Shown in pieces: positions 36,551 through 46,793 of a stretch of DNA of 64,000 bases. This DNA is from Blastocladiella emersonii ATCC 22665. Taxonomy: Eukaryota; Fungi; Blastocladiomycota. Made by a program: the position numbers and the translations under genes. The first letter of the stretch is position 1, and each line of letters begins with the position of its first letter. The stretch covers positions 3,844,001 to 3,908,000 of the forward strand of contig JANHCV010000001.1 in NCBI GenBank assembly GCA_025594325.1, read 5' to 3'. The notes beneath the pieces are model-generated. The model ran no database searches, was not told the DNA's origin, and saw nothing but the letters and a program-made list of their open reading frames with translations.

Positions 36551-39352
36551 ATGGCAAAGCTGAAGAACGCGCGCCAGTCGCGGTCGACGCCCGGTTCGTC
36601 TCCGCCCCCCGCCGCGCGCTGCCGATCCCCGGCGTTCCCACCGGTCCCCGATCCTGACCCGCGTCCGCACTTGACGCATCGCGTAGGGACGGCGTACAGC
36701 GCCGCGTCGAGCGCGGCCTCGTCGTCGCAAGCGTCGCCGCACTCGAACCTCGTGCACCTCGACTCGCACCACGCGCACGCCCACCACTCGCACGCGCCCG
36801 CGGCCGCTGCCCCGGCCCCCGCGCCGCCCGCGCCGACCAAGCGCGGCGGGACCAAGTCGGGCGGGCGCGCCGCGTCGCGCACCAAGGCAGCGGCTGCTGC
36901 GGCTGCTGCTGCTGCCGCGGCGGCGGCGGCGGGTGGGGCCGGCACGGGCGCGGCCAAGTTCGCGTACGACCCGGCGTCGCTGACGTGGAACGAGATGCAC
37001 ACGCTCAACGGCGAGGGCACCTACTGCTACTGCGGGCAGGACCGGTACCTCGATATCTTCATGCTGCAGTGCCACGGGTGCAAGAACTGGTTCCACGAGG
37101 GCTGCGTCACGGTCGACCTCGGCGCCACCATCCCCTTCTACACCAACTACCAGTTCTCGTGCACCGCGTGCTCGCCGACCGGCCTCGAGGCCTACAAGCG
37201 CACGCCCTGCGCCTGGAAGGACGTGACCACCACCGCCATGGCCAACCTCATGATGCTCGAGATCCGCAAGGTCCACGCCGACATGTCGGCCAAGGCCCTC
37301 ATCAAGGAGACCATCGAGCCCTACTATTTCGTCCGCGACGAGGCCGTCGAGTTTGTCAACGCCAACTGGCTCGCCCTGTGGGGGCAGAACAAGGCCCGCA
37401 CCGACAACGTGTGGAAGGGCACCCTGTCCACCACGCTGTACCAGTACCGCGACGTGTTCATCACCCACGGCGACAACCGCATCACCCTCTCGCCCTTCAC
37501 TCTCTTCGACCAGAACCTGTTCAACGTGCGCCCCGGCCACATTGACAAGTTCTCCAAGACGGGGCTCACCTCGCGCATCCAGCCGCGCGTCGCGCCACCA
37601 CCGCGCAACGAGGACGCGGCCCAGCGCGCCACCCGCACCGCCGCCGCCGCCGCGGCCGCCACCGCCGGGTCCACGTCGCTCGGCGCCGGCCCGGGCAGCA
37701 ACACCAACAACACGTACGAGGGCGGCGTCATTGCCACGTCCAACTCAACCATCTTCCTCGGCGGCACCTCCTTCTCGCTCCTCAAGTCGCGCTACAACCA
37801 GCAGCGGCGCGAGCGCGGCGCCGCCCTGCCCAACGCCGTGGTCCCGCCCGGCGTCGAGGTGCCCTTCAACCGCGACGGCCACAAGTACAACCTCGCCGAG
37901 ATCAACCCGCGCCTCAAGTACGCCGCGTACCGCGAGTGCAACCTGCTCCCCTGGCGCGGCGCCGGCGCCTACCTCGCCCGCGAGGACCGCAGCCCCGCCG
38001 TCGTGCTCGGCCAGGACGGCCTCACGTGCTCCGCGCCCGCCGGGTTCCGCTCCGCGCGCGCCATGTTCGGCGTCCAGCAGGGCACCTGGTACTTTGAGGT
38101 GTTCGTCAACAAGGCTTCGGGCACCACGCTCAACCCCGCGACTGCGCCGCCCGGCCCCGGCGAGCAGCCGCACGTGCGCATCGGCGTGTGCAAGCGCGAG
38201 GCGACGCTCATGGGCCCCGTCGGGTACGACGGCGCCGGGTTCGCGTACCGCGACTCGACGGGCGAGGCCGTGTCCAACTCGCGCCGCGCGGCCTACGGCC
38301 AGGCGTACGGGCCGGGCGACGTGATCGGCGTCCTGCTCGTGCTCCCACCGTGGACCGCCGTCGACCACTCGGCGGCTGCGGTCGCGGCCATGGCGGCAAA
38401 CGGCGGCAACACCGGGCTCGCCCCACAGACGCGGCTCGCGCACATGCGGCACCGGTCGGCGATGCGGTTCAAGACGTCCGTGTACCTCGAGTCCAAGGAC
38501 TACGTGGCGCACGCGAGCATCCCGCTGCCGCCCACGCCGCTCGCCGAGTTCCCCGCGGTCCCGCAGATCCCCGGGTCCAAGCTCGTCTTCTTCAAGAACG
38601 GCGTGTCGCAGGGGATCGCGTTCCACGACCTCCCCGCGCCCGTCCGCCACGTGTGCGCGCGCATCGACGAAGATGTCGCCGTGTACGACGACGGGTCGCT
38701 CGGGTTCTACCCCGCCGCATCGTGCTTCCGCGGCGGCGAGGTCACGTTCAACTTCGGGCCCAAGTTCATGTACCAGCCGCCCGCCGACCTCGATCCCGCG
38801 GATGTCGTTGACTGGAACGCGGTCACGCTCGAGCGCGCGCCGCCCGCCGTGCCCAAGTCCGTGGCTGCTCCAGTACCCGCGCCGCCAACAGCAGGTGGCG
38901 ACGGTGACGCCATGGACGTGGACGGAGCCACGCCGACAACCGCCGCCGCGCAGCAGCCGCTCGAGTCCCCCGCTACTGCCTCGCCACCGCTCGCGCTCCG
39001 CCCGGCCGCGGGCGCGCCGTGGCGGCCGTACGCCGAGTCGTTCCTGGACCACGAGGTGGACGAGTGTCTGTGGGACATGGTCGACGAGGTGGACTACTGG
39101 CACGCGTTCGAGCAGGTCGGCGACCGCACCGCCGTCGCGCACCCGCCGGTCCTCTTTGACCGCGACGACGAGCCCGGGCTGCGGCCCATCCAGGGTCTCG
39201 TGTTCCCCGCACGCACCGAGTCGTACGAGGACCACGTCGCGGCCGAGGCCCAGCGGATCGCGTCGGGCGACGCGATGCGCGACCTCGCTCCGCCCATGGC
39301 CGCGCCGGTGCGGCGGGCCCGGGTTAAGTGGGCGTTGACGGAGGAGCCGTAG
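36551..39352 (+). CDS. ASH2: COMPASS/Set1 complex subunit Ash2 (PHD-winged helix plus SPRY)
   Basis: YCYCG..MLQCHGCKNWFH..C, YQFSCTAC, REDRSP, GTWYFEV, PVGYDGAGFAYRD, SKLVFFKNG and VTFNFGPKF. Intronless. Confidence 0.92.
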   Translation: MAKLKNARQSRSTPGSSPPPAARCRSPAFPPVPDPDPRPHLTHRVGTAYSAASSAASSSQASPHSNLVHLDSHHAHAHHSHAPAAAAPAPAPPAPTKRGGTKSGGRAASRTKAAAAAAAAAAAAAAAGGAGTGAAKFAYDPASLTWNEMHTLNGEGTYCYCGQDRYLDIFMLQCHGCKNWFHEGCVTVDLGATIPFYTNYQFSCTACSPTGLEAYKRTPCAWKDVTTTAMANLMMLEIRKVHADMSAKALIKETIEPYYFVRDEAVEFVNANWLALWGQNKARTDNVWKGTLSTTLYQYRDVFITHGDNRITLSPFTLFDQNLFNVRPGHIDKFSKTGLTSRIQPRVAPPPRNEDAAQRATRTAAAAAAATAGSTSLGAGPGSNTNNTYEGGVIATSNSTIFLGGTSFSLLKSRYNQQRRERGAALPNAVVPPGVEVPFNRDGHKYNLAEINPRLKYAAYRECNLLPWRGAGAYLAREDRSPAVVLGQDGLTCSAPAGFRSARAMFGVQQGTWYFEVFVNKASGTTLNPATAPPGPGEQPHVRIGVCKREATLMGPVGYDGAGFAYRDSTGEAVSNSRRAAYGQAYGPGDVIGVLLVLPPWTAVDHSAAAVAAMAANGGNTGLAPQTRLAHMRHRSAMRFKTSVYLESKDYVAHASIPLPPTPLAEFPAVPQIPGSKLVFFKNGVSQGIAFHDLPAPVRHVCARIDEDVAVYDDGSLGFYPAASCFRGGEVTFNFGPKFMYQPPADLDPADVVDWNAVTLERAPPAVPKSVAAPVPAPPTAGGDGDAMDVDGATPTTAAAQQPLESPATASPPLALRPAAGAPWRPYAESFLDHEVDECLWDMVDEVDYWHAFEQVGDRTAVAHPPVLFDRDDEPGLRPIQGLVFPARTESYEDHVAAEAQRIASGDAMRDLAPPMAAPVRRARVKWALTEEP

Positions 39353-39424
39353 TGTGATTTGGGTTGGGAGGGGCAATTGATGGATGATATTTTTTTTTGT
39401 ATTCGAGTGTCGGAGAGACGTGGG

Positions 39425-40302
39425 TTACGCGAACATCTTGCGCAGAATGTCCATGGCCTTGGGCTCGGCGATCATGTCGCTACACATGCACACATCGCTC
39501 GTTAGTCCCTCGTTCCTTGCAATCGAACCGCCGAGCACAGCGTACCCGTCCATGGTCAGCTCGGCCAGCGCCAGCGCCAGCTTGTCCTGGCCGACGGACC
39601 CCTCGACCTTGGCGAGGTACTTGGCGGCCTGCGCCAGCGTCGCGCTCGGCAGCGTCCCGTTGTTGGTCAGGATCTCGACGATCAGGTGCAGCGTCGCTTC
39701 GACCGTCTATGTCGCGAACAGTGAGCGGTGGTATAGGTGGAGGGGGTGCAAGCGCGCGTACCCCGGCGGCCACGGTGCAGCACAGCGCCCAGAACTCGGT
39801 CCACGCGATCGAGCCCTCGTTGGGCCACGAGCCGACCCTAGGTGTGCGGCGAGGCGGGTTAGGCGAGATCGGGGAGGGAGAGAAGGCGGCGCCGCGTACT
39901 TGAACACCTCGTCAATGGCCTGCAGCGGGATGATGGCGTCGTCGGCGATCTTGCAGATGGCCTCGCGCGACAGGTTGGCCGACTTGGCGCTCATCTATAC
40001 CGCGCGGCACGGGTTGTGAGCCATACCGATCATACCGTATCAATCACAGAACGACGTACCTTGAGGTACAGCGTCTCAAGCTGCTCGCGCGAGATGCTGG
40101 AGACGTGGACCTGGCGGCCGAGGTCCTGCTGGCGCGCGAGGTTGTTGAAGTAGTCGGCCGACGCGGCCACGATATCGTCGGGCTGGTTCTTGATGATGAA
40201 CTTGGAGTAGTTCTTGAGAATGTCCGGGAACGCCGGCGGAATCTTGATCTGCTCGCGGCAGTATATTGGGTCCGCGGCGGCGAGGGACTCGGGCGGGGCC
40301 AT
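39425..40302 (-). CDS. ROPN1L: Radial spoke protein 11 / ropporin-1-like (RIIa D/D domain)
   Basis: IYCREQIKIPPAFPDILKNYSKFIIKNQPDDIVAASADYF is a RIIa domain; GSIAWTEFWALCC also fits. Introns 39995-40059, 39838-39899, 39707-39761 and 39480-39545 all join in frame. Confidence 0.85.
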
Positions 40303-40460
40303 GGTGACGGGGTTGATGCGTTGCAGGGTATTACGTCGCGCGCGCGCTCGAATATGAGCTGCGGGTTCAGGGGAAGACGGGAGGGGAGAGGGGAGAGCAC
40401 GATGGTCGCGGTTGGCGGCGATGACGCGACGCGACGCGACGCGCGCAGCGGTTTGCGGGA

Positions 40461-40480
40461 GTGGGAGACAGGTGCGAGAC
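40461..40480 (+). promoter_or_regulatory. Tandem GTGGGAGAC / GTGCGAGAC (11-bp period) upstream of RSP11
   Basis: Sites at 40461-40469 and 40472-40480, 160-178 nt upstream of the ATG at 40302, in a promoter shared with the divergent acyltransferase. Confidence 0.58.
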
Positions 40481-40609
40481 ATCACGTGTGGGCCCGGAAT
40501 TCGAATTAAACCTTGCTTCGCCCGCACGCCGATCTCTCTTCCTCTCTTGCTCGGCGACAGACCGGCATCCCATGTATCTCGAGCGGGCAGACTCGGCGCA
40601 ACCGTAACA

Positions 40610-41783
40610 ATGCCCCGCCAGCAGTCGGCCCTCGTGCGGCTCGGCCGCCGCGTCCTGCACATTGTCCTCTTCGGCGGCGCGCTCGGCGGGTGAGTACCGC
40701 TACTACACGGAGGCAGACAGCTGCTCACAGAATCGCCTCGTCCAGGATCGCCGTGACGAGCAACGTGATCCAGCTCGTGACGCTGCTGCTGTACCCGGTG
40801 CACCGCCGGTTCGTCGCGCGCATCAACGCCAAGATCTGCGAGGTGGTGTGGCGGACGATCCGGTTCGCCATGGAGCGGCACAACGGCGCCGTCGTGACGT
40901 TTTCGGGGGACGCGGCCGCGATTCCCATCAACCGGCAACCGGTGCTGCTGGGCTCGCGCAGCGACGCGAATCCGCCCGAGAGCGCCATTGTCGTGTCGAA
41001 CCACGTCTGCGCCATCGACTGGGCGCTCATCAACTCGCTGGCGGCGCGCCGCGGGATGCTCGCGCACTGCAAGTACTTTATCAAGTCCAGCATGCAGTTT
41101 GTGCCGCTGTTCGGGCCGGTGCGTAGTTGCGCGCGCGTGGTTTTGAGGGTCGAGCTGACGCGCGAGGGTGTAGGGGATGCGCCTGGCCGGCTTCCCGTTC
41201 CTGAACCGCAACTGGGCCGCGGTACACTCGTCTCGCCTGTTCCCCGCACCCGACTTCAAACTGATCCGCGTGCGAGTAGGACAAGGACAAGATCGACCGC
41301 GTGTTCCGCACCCTCAAATCCGACCGGCTGCCGTGCTGGCTGATCTCGTTCCTCGAGGGCACACGGATCACACCCGCCAAACTCGCCGAGTCGCAGTCCT
41401 TCTGCACCTCACGCAGCCTCCCCGTGTTCGAGCACGTCATGTACCCGCGCAAGAAGGGGTTCCAGGCGACGCTCGCGGCGCTGCGCGGGACCCACGTGCG
41501 GTTCGTGTACGACGTGACGCTCGGGTACCGGCACCGCGCGTCGGGCGAGATCAACACACGTGCGCCGTCGATTCTCGCGATTCACACAGACCGGCTCGAT
41601 GACGAGTGGGAGTTCCACGTGCACGTCGACCGGATCGCGATCGACGAGATCCCCGAGGACGACGAGGGCGTGGGCAGGTGGGTCGAGGCGCGGTGGGCGG
41701 CCAAGGATGAGCGGATCGCGGGATGGCATAAGGCGTGGCCGCGCGTTGGTGTTGATGGTGTCGTGGTGATGCCCATGCCGTGA
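40610..41783 (+). CDS. Lysophospholipid acyltransferase (LCLAT1/AGPAT3-5/Cst26-like)
   Basis: SNHVCAID (NHx4D), YFIKSS..VPLFG, FPFLNRNW, FLEGTR and HVMYPRKKGF. Introns 40690-40745, 41119-41173 and 41222-41279. Confidence 0.9.
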
Positions 41784-41811
41784 TTGACAGTTATGGGGAT
41801 ACATTTTTGTG

Positions 41812-42434
41812 CTAGACAGCTGCAGTCCCGCTGGACACGTCGGAGGCGGCAACGGCCTGCGCGGCACGCTCGAGCTTGGCCTGCTCGATGCCGTTGAGGA
41901 TCCACTTTGGTTCGGGCCACAGCTGAGGGTACACAACATGAGTTGTAGGGACATGGCGGAAGCAAACGATACAAAGCGTACCCTCGCGACGACCTTGCCG
42001 CGGACCAGGGCGAGCGGGACGGGCCCGTAGTTGCGCGAGTCGGTCGAGTTGGACATGTTGTCGCCCGACAACCAGACGTGGCCGCGCGGGACGCGAAAGT
42101 ACTCTCGCTCAGCGAGCGGCAGGGCCGGGTCGACGCACACAAGGTCGCCGGGCTGGCCCGTGATGCGCTTGCAGACGATGCGGTCGGGGCTGGTCAGCGA
42201 GGTGGCGACGACCACGTCGCCGAGCTCGGGCGGGGCCACGCGCATCGAGACCTTGTCGATGAGGACAAAGTCGCCCAGCATGTTGAAGGTCGGCAGCATC
42301 GACGGCCCCATGCACATGGTGACCTCGGCCACGTACGAGTTGAAGACGTGCACGAAGGTGCCGACCTTGAGGAAGAAGAGCGCGTGGTCGCCGAGCTGCG
42401 CCAGGCGCGGGAACCGGGAGGCGAAGGCGGCCAT
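41812..42434 (-). CDS. IMP1: Mitochondrial inner membrane peptidase subunit 1 (S26)
   Basis: GPSMLPTFN (catalytic Ser), VCKRI (catalytic Lys), VPRGHVWLSGDN and STDSRNYGPVP. Intron 41923-41981. Confidence 0.92.
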
Positions 42435-42706
42435 GTCAGGTGCGATGCACGGAGTCCGGGGACTGGTTTAAATACATGGGCATTGCTGGGTTGCGAGGAG
42501 AGAGGGGAGAGGGCGGCAAACTCTGAGCGGCGCGTCGTCCTCCGCTGCGCCACGTGAGGGCGCCGATCGGCGCGTTCGCCCGCGGGTGACGTCAGCCGCG
42601 AAGCCGGCAGCGCCATTCAGGTCGCTCGGGTCGGCGGCATCGGTTTCCGCTCCCTCAGCACGCTGCTACTACCGCCGAGTAGTAGTGCATGTAACTGCCG
42701 AGTACC

Positions 42707-43814
42707 ATGAGCGACATCGATGCATCCAAGCCCGCGGCTGCCGCTGCGCCCGCCCCCGCCGCTGCAGCGGCCATCCGCGAGGACCTGGTCGGCCCGGCCG
42801 TGCGCTTCCTGACCGACGACAAGGTCAAGTCGGCGCCCATGGCCAAGAAGGTCGCCTTCCTCGAGTCCAAGGGCCTGACCTCGGACGAGATCAACGTCGC
42901 CGTGCAGCGCGCCGGCGCCGGGAGCGTCGCTGCCGCTGCTGCGGTTGCCGCGCCGCCACCGGTCCCCGCCGTCACCTACGTCGCCGCCCCGCAGCCCGTG
43001 GTCCCGCCGCCCGCGCCGTGGACCGCCAAGGATATTGTGCTCACCACCGCCGCCGTCGCGGGGATCGGGTACACGGCGTACAACGTCGTCACCGTACGTT
43101 TTCTGCGCGACCCTGCACCCGCTGAGCCCTCCCTAACCGCCTCTGTGCATCCAGAACTACGTGATCCCGCGCCTCCCGATCCCGTCGTTCCGGGACCTGG
43201 CCGACGCGCAGACCGAGTTCCGCAAGGCGCTCGAGGCGACCTCCGAGACGGTGGCCGCGGTGCAGGCCGACGCCGCCAAGTCGCTCGGCTCGCTGCAGGC
43301 CGACACCGCCGCGCTGTCGACGGCCGCCGCCGAGGCGCGCGCCGCCCTGACCGCCGCCACCTCCATGGTCGCCGACCGCGACGCCCAGCTCGCCGCCGTC
43401 GCCCGCGACATGGCCGAGCTGCGCGAGCAGGTCCCCGGCATGGTCCAGCAGGCCCGCGATGCGCAGCTCGCGGCGCTTGCCGACCTCCAGACCGAGATCC
43501 GCGGGCTCCGGTCCGCTGTCGCCTCGGCCGCGACGAACGTTGAGCCCGCCGTCGTCGCGCCCTACATTCAGTCCACGTCCGCCGCTGCCGCTGCCGCGGC
43601 GCCCCGCACGATCAGCCCCGCGCCCGCGTCCATCGCCGTCGGCGCGCCCAAGGTGCCCGAGTGGCAGCTCAAGGCCGCTGCCGCCGCCAAGGCCAAGGCC
43701 GCGGCTGCCGCTGCTGCCAAGGAGACCGAGTCGGCCGCTACCGCCGCCGCTGTCGAGGACGCCGCCAAGCAGCCCGCCGCCGCGGCGCCCGAGGAGGTCA
43801 ACGGGTCGGCCTGA
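42707..43814 (+). CDS. PEX14: Peroxin 14
   Basis: IREDLVGPAVRFLTD..KKVAFLESKGLTSDEI is Pex14_N, followed by a W..TM segment and a coiled coil. Intron 43094-43154. Confidence 0.92.
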
Positions 43815-43907
43815 TCTATGTAAACAAACCACGCGCTTCGTATATTATCACACACACAAGAGTTGATTCGATTCACACCAGTCAAAAAAGGAAGAAAGTC
43901 TCGGACA

Positions 43908-46793
43908 TCACTCGACGCCGTACGCCTCGATCGTCAGCACGCGGATCCACGCGTCGCCCATGGGCGCCGGGTCGCACCGCCCGACCACCACGGCCACCTC
44001 GACGGGCGCCGCGGGCTGCAGCGTGAACCGCCACCGCGTCGGCCTTGGCGCTGGCCCGGTCCCCCTCGCCGCGCGTGACCCCGCCACGGCGCGGCGGACC
44101 GTCGCCGCTAGCTGGACGGCGACCGCGTGCTGCGTCAGCACGCCCACGCCGTCGACGGAAGTGGCGGCGGGAGCCGCGGCGGCCTTGGGCGACGCGTTCC
44201 GGCTCGGCGGCGGCGTCGGCGCGAGCGCCGCGTAGTCGCTGAGAAAGTAGTCGAACAGGCGCAGCCGCGCGACGCGCGCCGCGATCCCCGGGCCCGCCGC
44301 GGGCATCTCGAGCCCCGAGTCGGTCCGCGCGCGTCTCGGCGCACCGCTGCTGTCGCGCGGACGGTGGCCGGTGCCCATGGACACGGCCGAGACGTGCTCG
44401 GCCCACGCGACGAGGTACTGGACGGCCCACGCCGGGTCGAAGAACCGCGCGAGGTCGATGTCGGCGAGCCGTGGCGCGGCCTCGATCAGCGCCATGGACC
44501 GCGCGAGGAGCAGCTTCCCCGCGGAGCTCCCCGACAGGCTCTGGGTGCCCGACGAAAAGTACCACGGGTCAACGTCGATCGACAGGTGTGTCAGGCGCGT
44601 GCGCCAGTCGTGCGCCGGCACCGACGCGGCGGCAGCGGGCGGCGCGCCGGGCGTGTCGATGGACGCGAGGTACTTGAGCCCCTCGAGCGCGAGCGGCCAC
44701 CCGCCGTTGCCCGCGAGCCCCGTCGCGACGGCCGATGCGGACGCCGACGCCGACGCGTCGCGCGGCATCGTCAACCGCGTCGTGAGCCGCTCGATACACT
44801 TGGCGTGCGCGAGCGCCTCAAACGACCAGAGGCCAGGCAAAAAGTCGACGAACGCGCACGCGCGCGCCGTGTGCACGAGCGCCGCCGCGCCGCCCGCGCC
44901 CGTGCCCTCGAGCACCAGCGACCCGATCCGGACCCCCGCGAGCGCCGCGGGCCAGTCGACGAGGTGTCCCGCGCCGCGCACGATGCGGAGCGTAGAGAGA
45001 CTCCGCGTGCGCGCCGTCGGCGTGCCGCCCGCGGGTTCCGTGGGCACGTCGGTGTCGCCCGCCGCGACGCTCAGGTGCGCGAGACCCGGCAGCGCGAGGA
45101 CGGCGTGCACGTCGCGCGGCGCGAGGGCCACGCGGTCGAGCGTCACGGCGGCGAGCGCGGGGACCGTGCCGTCGGTCGGGACGTGCAGGAACGCCGGGAG
45201 CGAAAAGTCAAACCCGCCGCCCGGCGCCGTCGCGGTCGCTGGGCCTGCCGCCGGCCCACCGCGCGGGGCAGCGGGCGAATGCAGCTCGAGCACGCCGAGA
45301 TCCGCGACCGGGCGCGCCTCGGCGAGGTGCGTGAACAGCGAGTGCAGGGCGGCGGGCGGCGCGAGGACGGCGACGGCGTGCAGGCCCGGGAGCGCGGCGA
45401 GGACGGGGACGCACGCGGCGAGCACGCGGTCGAGCGCCGCCGGCGGCACGCGTGCGTCGATGGACACGACGAGCCGGCGCAGGCCCGTCATCCCGGCGAA
45501 AAACGCCGGGCTCGACGGCCGACTCGCGACGAGCGGGCGCGTGTGCGAGTCCTGCTCGGCGTGTGCGGCGAGAAGATCGTGCAGCGCCGCGCGCGCGGCC
45601 GCATCCCGCGCGCCGCCGAGCGTTGGCGAGGCTACCGTCGACCGCGGGATCACCAGGCGAAGCTCGAGCGTGTGCGTCGCGGCCCACGCGGCCTGCGTGA
45701 AGGGCGTCACGGGGAGCGGCGGCGGTGGGCCCGCGGGCGGGGGTGCGGGAGGGAGCTGGTGGTGCACCGGCGGCGGCGGCCACGCGTGGAAGGAAGGCGG
45801 GCGAGGGAGCGAGGGGTAGCCGAGCGGTGGGCCTGGCGGCTGCGGGATCGCATGGCGAGCGTGGCGAGGAGATCGCGGGTCCGGTGGAGGTGGGAGTGTT
45901 GGTGGCGAGGGCGGCGGAGGGGGAGGAGGCAGCGGCGACGCGGGGTGTGGTCCGGCAAACGATGGCGGGACGGGCCGCGGCGGCGGGCGCGAGGCGGCGA
46001 GCAGGCGGAGCAGCGAGAGCGGGAGACCGTCGACGTGCTGCTGATCAACGCCGGGAGGATGACTGATCAGGGGCACGGGCGCGGTGGACGACGAGGAGGC
46101 GGAGGCAGGCCCGGGCGCGTGGATGCCAAGGTTGGCCGAAGCCGATGTTGAATTTGGCACTGCTGCTGCTGCTGCTGCTGCTGCTGGCGGCGCCACGGGC
46201 GTCGGGAACGGGGGCAACATGAGAGATCCCCCGCCAGAAGCAGCAGGCATGGCGGCGGCGGCGGCCGGCCACGTCACCGTCGATGCCGGACTTGCCCGCG
46301 ATGACCCACTCGTGGCGTCAAGCCCGATGGCCGCCGGCGTCGGCGACGCGCTCTGCGCAGCAGCGAGGTGCGAGCCGGGCCACGTCACAGGGCGCGATGG
46401 CATGCGTGGCGGCGGCGGCGGCGGGCGCGCAGCGCGGACGAGCTCTTCGACGCGGCCGTTGGGCCCGATGCGCAGCGTCACGGTGCGCGTGCGCCACACG
46501 GTGGCGAGCAGGACGTCGCGCACGCGGCGACACGTAGCGGCGAGGGCGAGCAGCTGGGCGTGCCGCGACGACGGGCCACCGCTGGTGGATCGCGGCGATG
46601 CGTCGTGGTCGCGGCCGTCGTCGCAGTCGGAGTCGGTGAGGGCGGCGGCGATGGCCTCGAGGATCTCGGCGGGCAGCTCGTCGAGCGCTGGCGCGACGGC
46701 AGCGGATGGTGCGAGTGGTGGCGTGGTTGGTACAGTATCGGCGGCGGCGGCGGCGGCGGCAGCGTAGGCCGTGGCGGTATCATTGGAGTGCAT
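43908..46793 (-). CDS. F-box protein with Pro-rich insert and degenerate LRR-like C-terminus
   Basis: LDELPAEILEAIAAAL..LLALAATCRRVRDV..VW resembles an F-box; 961-aa open frame with leucine-spaced repeats. Confidence 0.65.
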   Translation of the reverse strand: MHSNDTATAYAAAAAAAADTVPTTPPLAPSAAVAPALDELPAEILEAIAAALTDSDCDDGRDHDASPRSTSGGPSSRHAQLLALAATCRRVRDVLLATVWRTRTVTLRIGPNGRVEELVRAARPPPPPPRMPSRPVTWPGSHLAAAQSASPTPAAIGLDATSGSSRASPASTVTWPAAAAAMPAASGGGSLMLPPFPTPVAPPAAAAAAAAVPNSTSASANLGIHAPGPASASSSSTAPVPLISHPPGVDQQHVDGLPLSLLRLLAASRPPPRPVPPSFAGPHPASPLPPPPPPPSPPTLPPPPDPRSPRHARHAIPQPPGPPLGYPSLPRPPSFHAWPPPPVHHQLPPAPPPAGPPPPLPVTPFTQAAWAATHTLELRLVIPRSTVASPTLGGARDAAARAALHDLLAAHAEQDSHTRPLVASRPSSPAFFAGMTGLRRLVVSIDARVPPAALDRVLAACVPVLAALPGLHAVAVLAPPAALHSLFTHLAEARPVADLGVLELHSPAAPRGGPAAGPATATAPGGGFDFSLPAFLHVPTDGTVPALAAVTLDRVALAPRDVHAVLALPGLAHLSVAAGDTDVPTEPAGGTPTARTRSLSTLRIVRGAGHLVDWPAALAGVRIGSLVLEGTGAGGAAALVHTARACAFVDFLPGLWSFEALAHAKCIERLTTRLTMPRDASASASASAVATGLAGNGGWPLALEGLKYLASIDTPGAPPAAAASVPAHDWRTRLTHLSIDVDPWYFSSGTQSLSGSSAGKLLLARSMALIEAAPRLADIDLARFFDPAWAVQYLVAWAEHVSAVSMGTGHRPRDSSGAPRRARTDSGLEMPAAGPGIAARVARLRLFDYFLSDYAALAPTPPPSRNASPKAAAAPAATSVDGVGVLTQHAVAVQLAATVRRAVAGSRAARGTGPAPRPTRWRFTLQPAAPVEVAVVVGRCDPAPMGDAWIRVLTIEAYGVE

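Noticed and set aside
41370-41390. FLEGTR instead of FPEGTR in acyltransferase motif III
   Set aside because: A conservative variant with the catalytic NHx4D and EGTR intact; not evidence of lost function.
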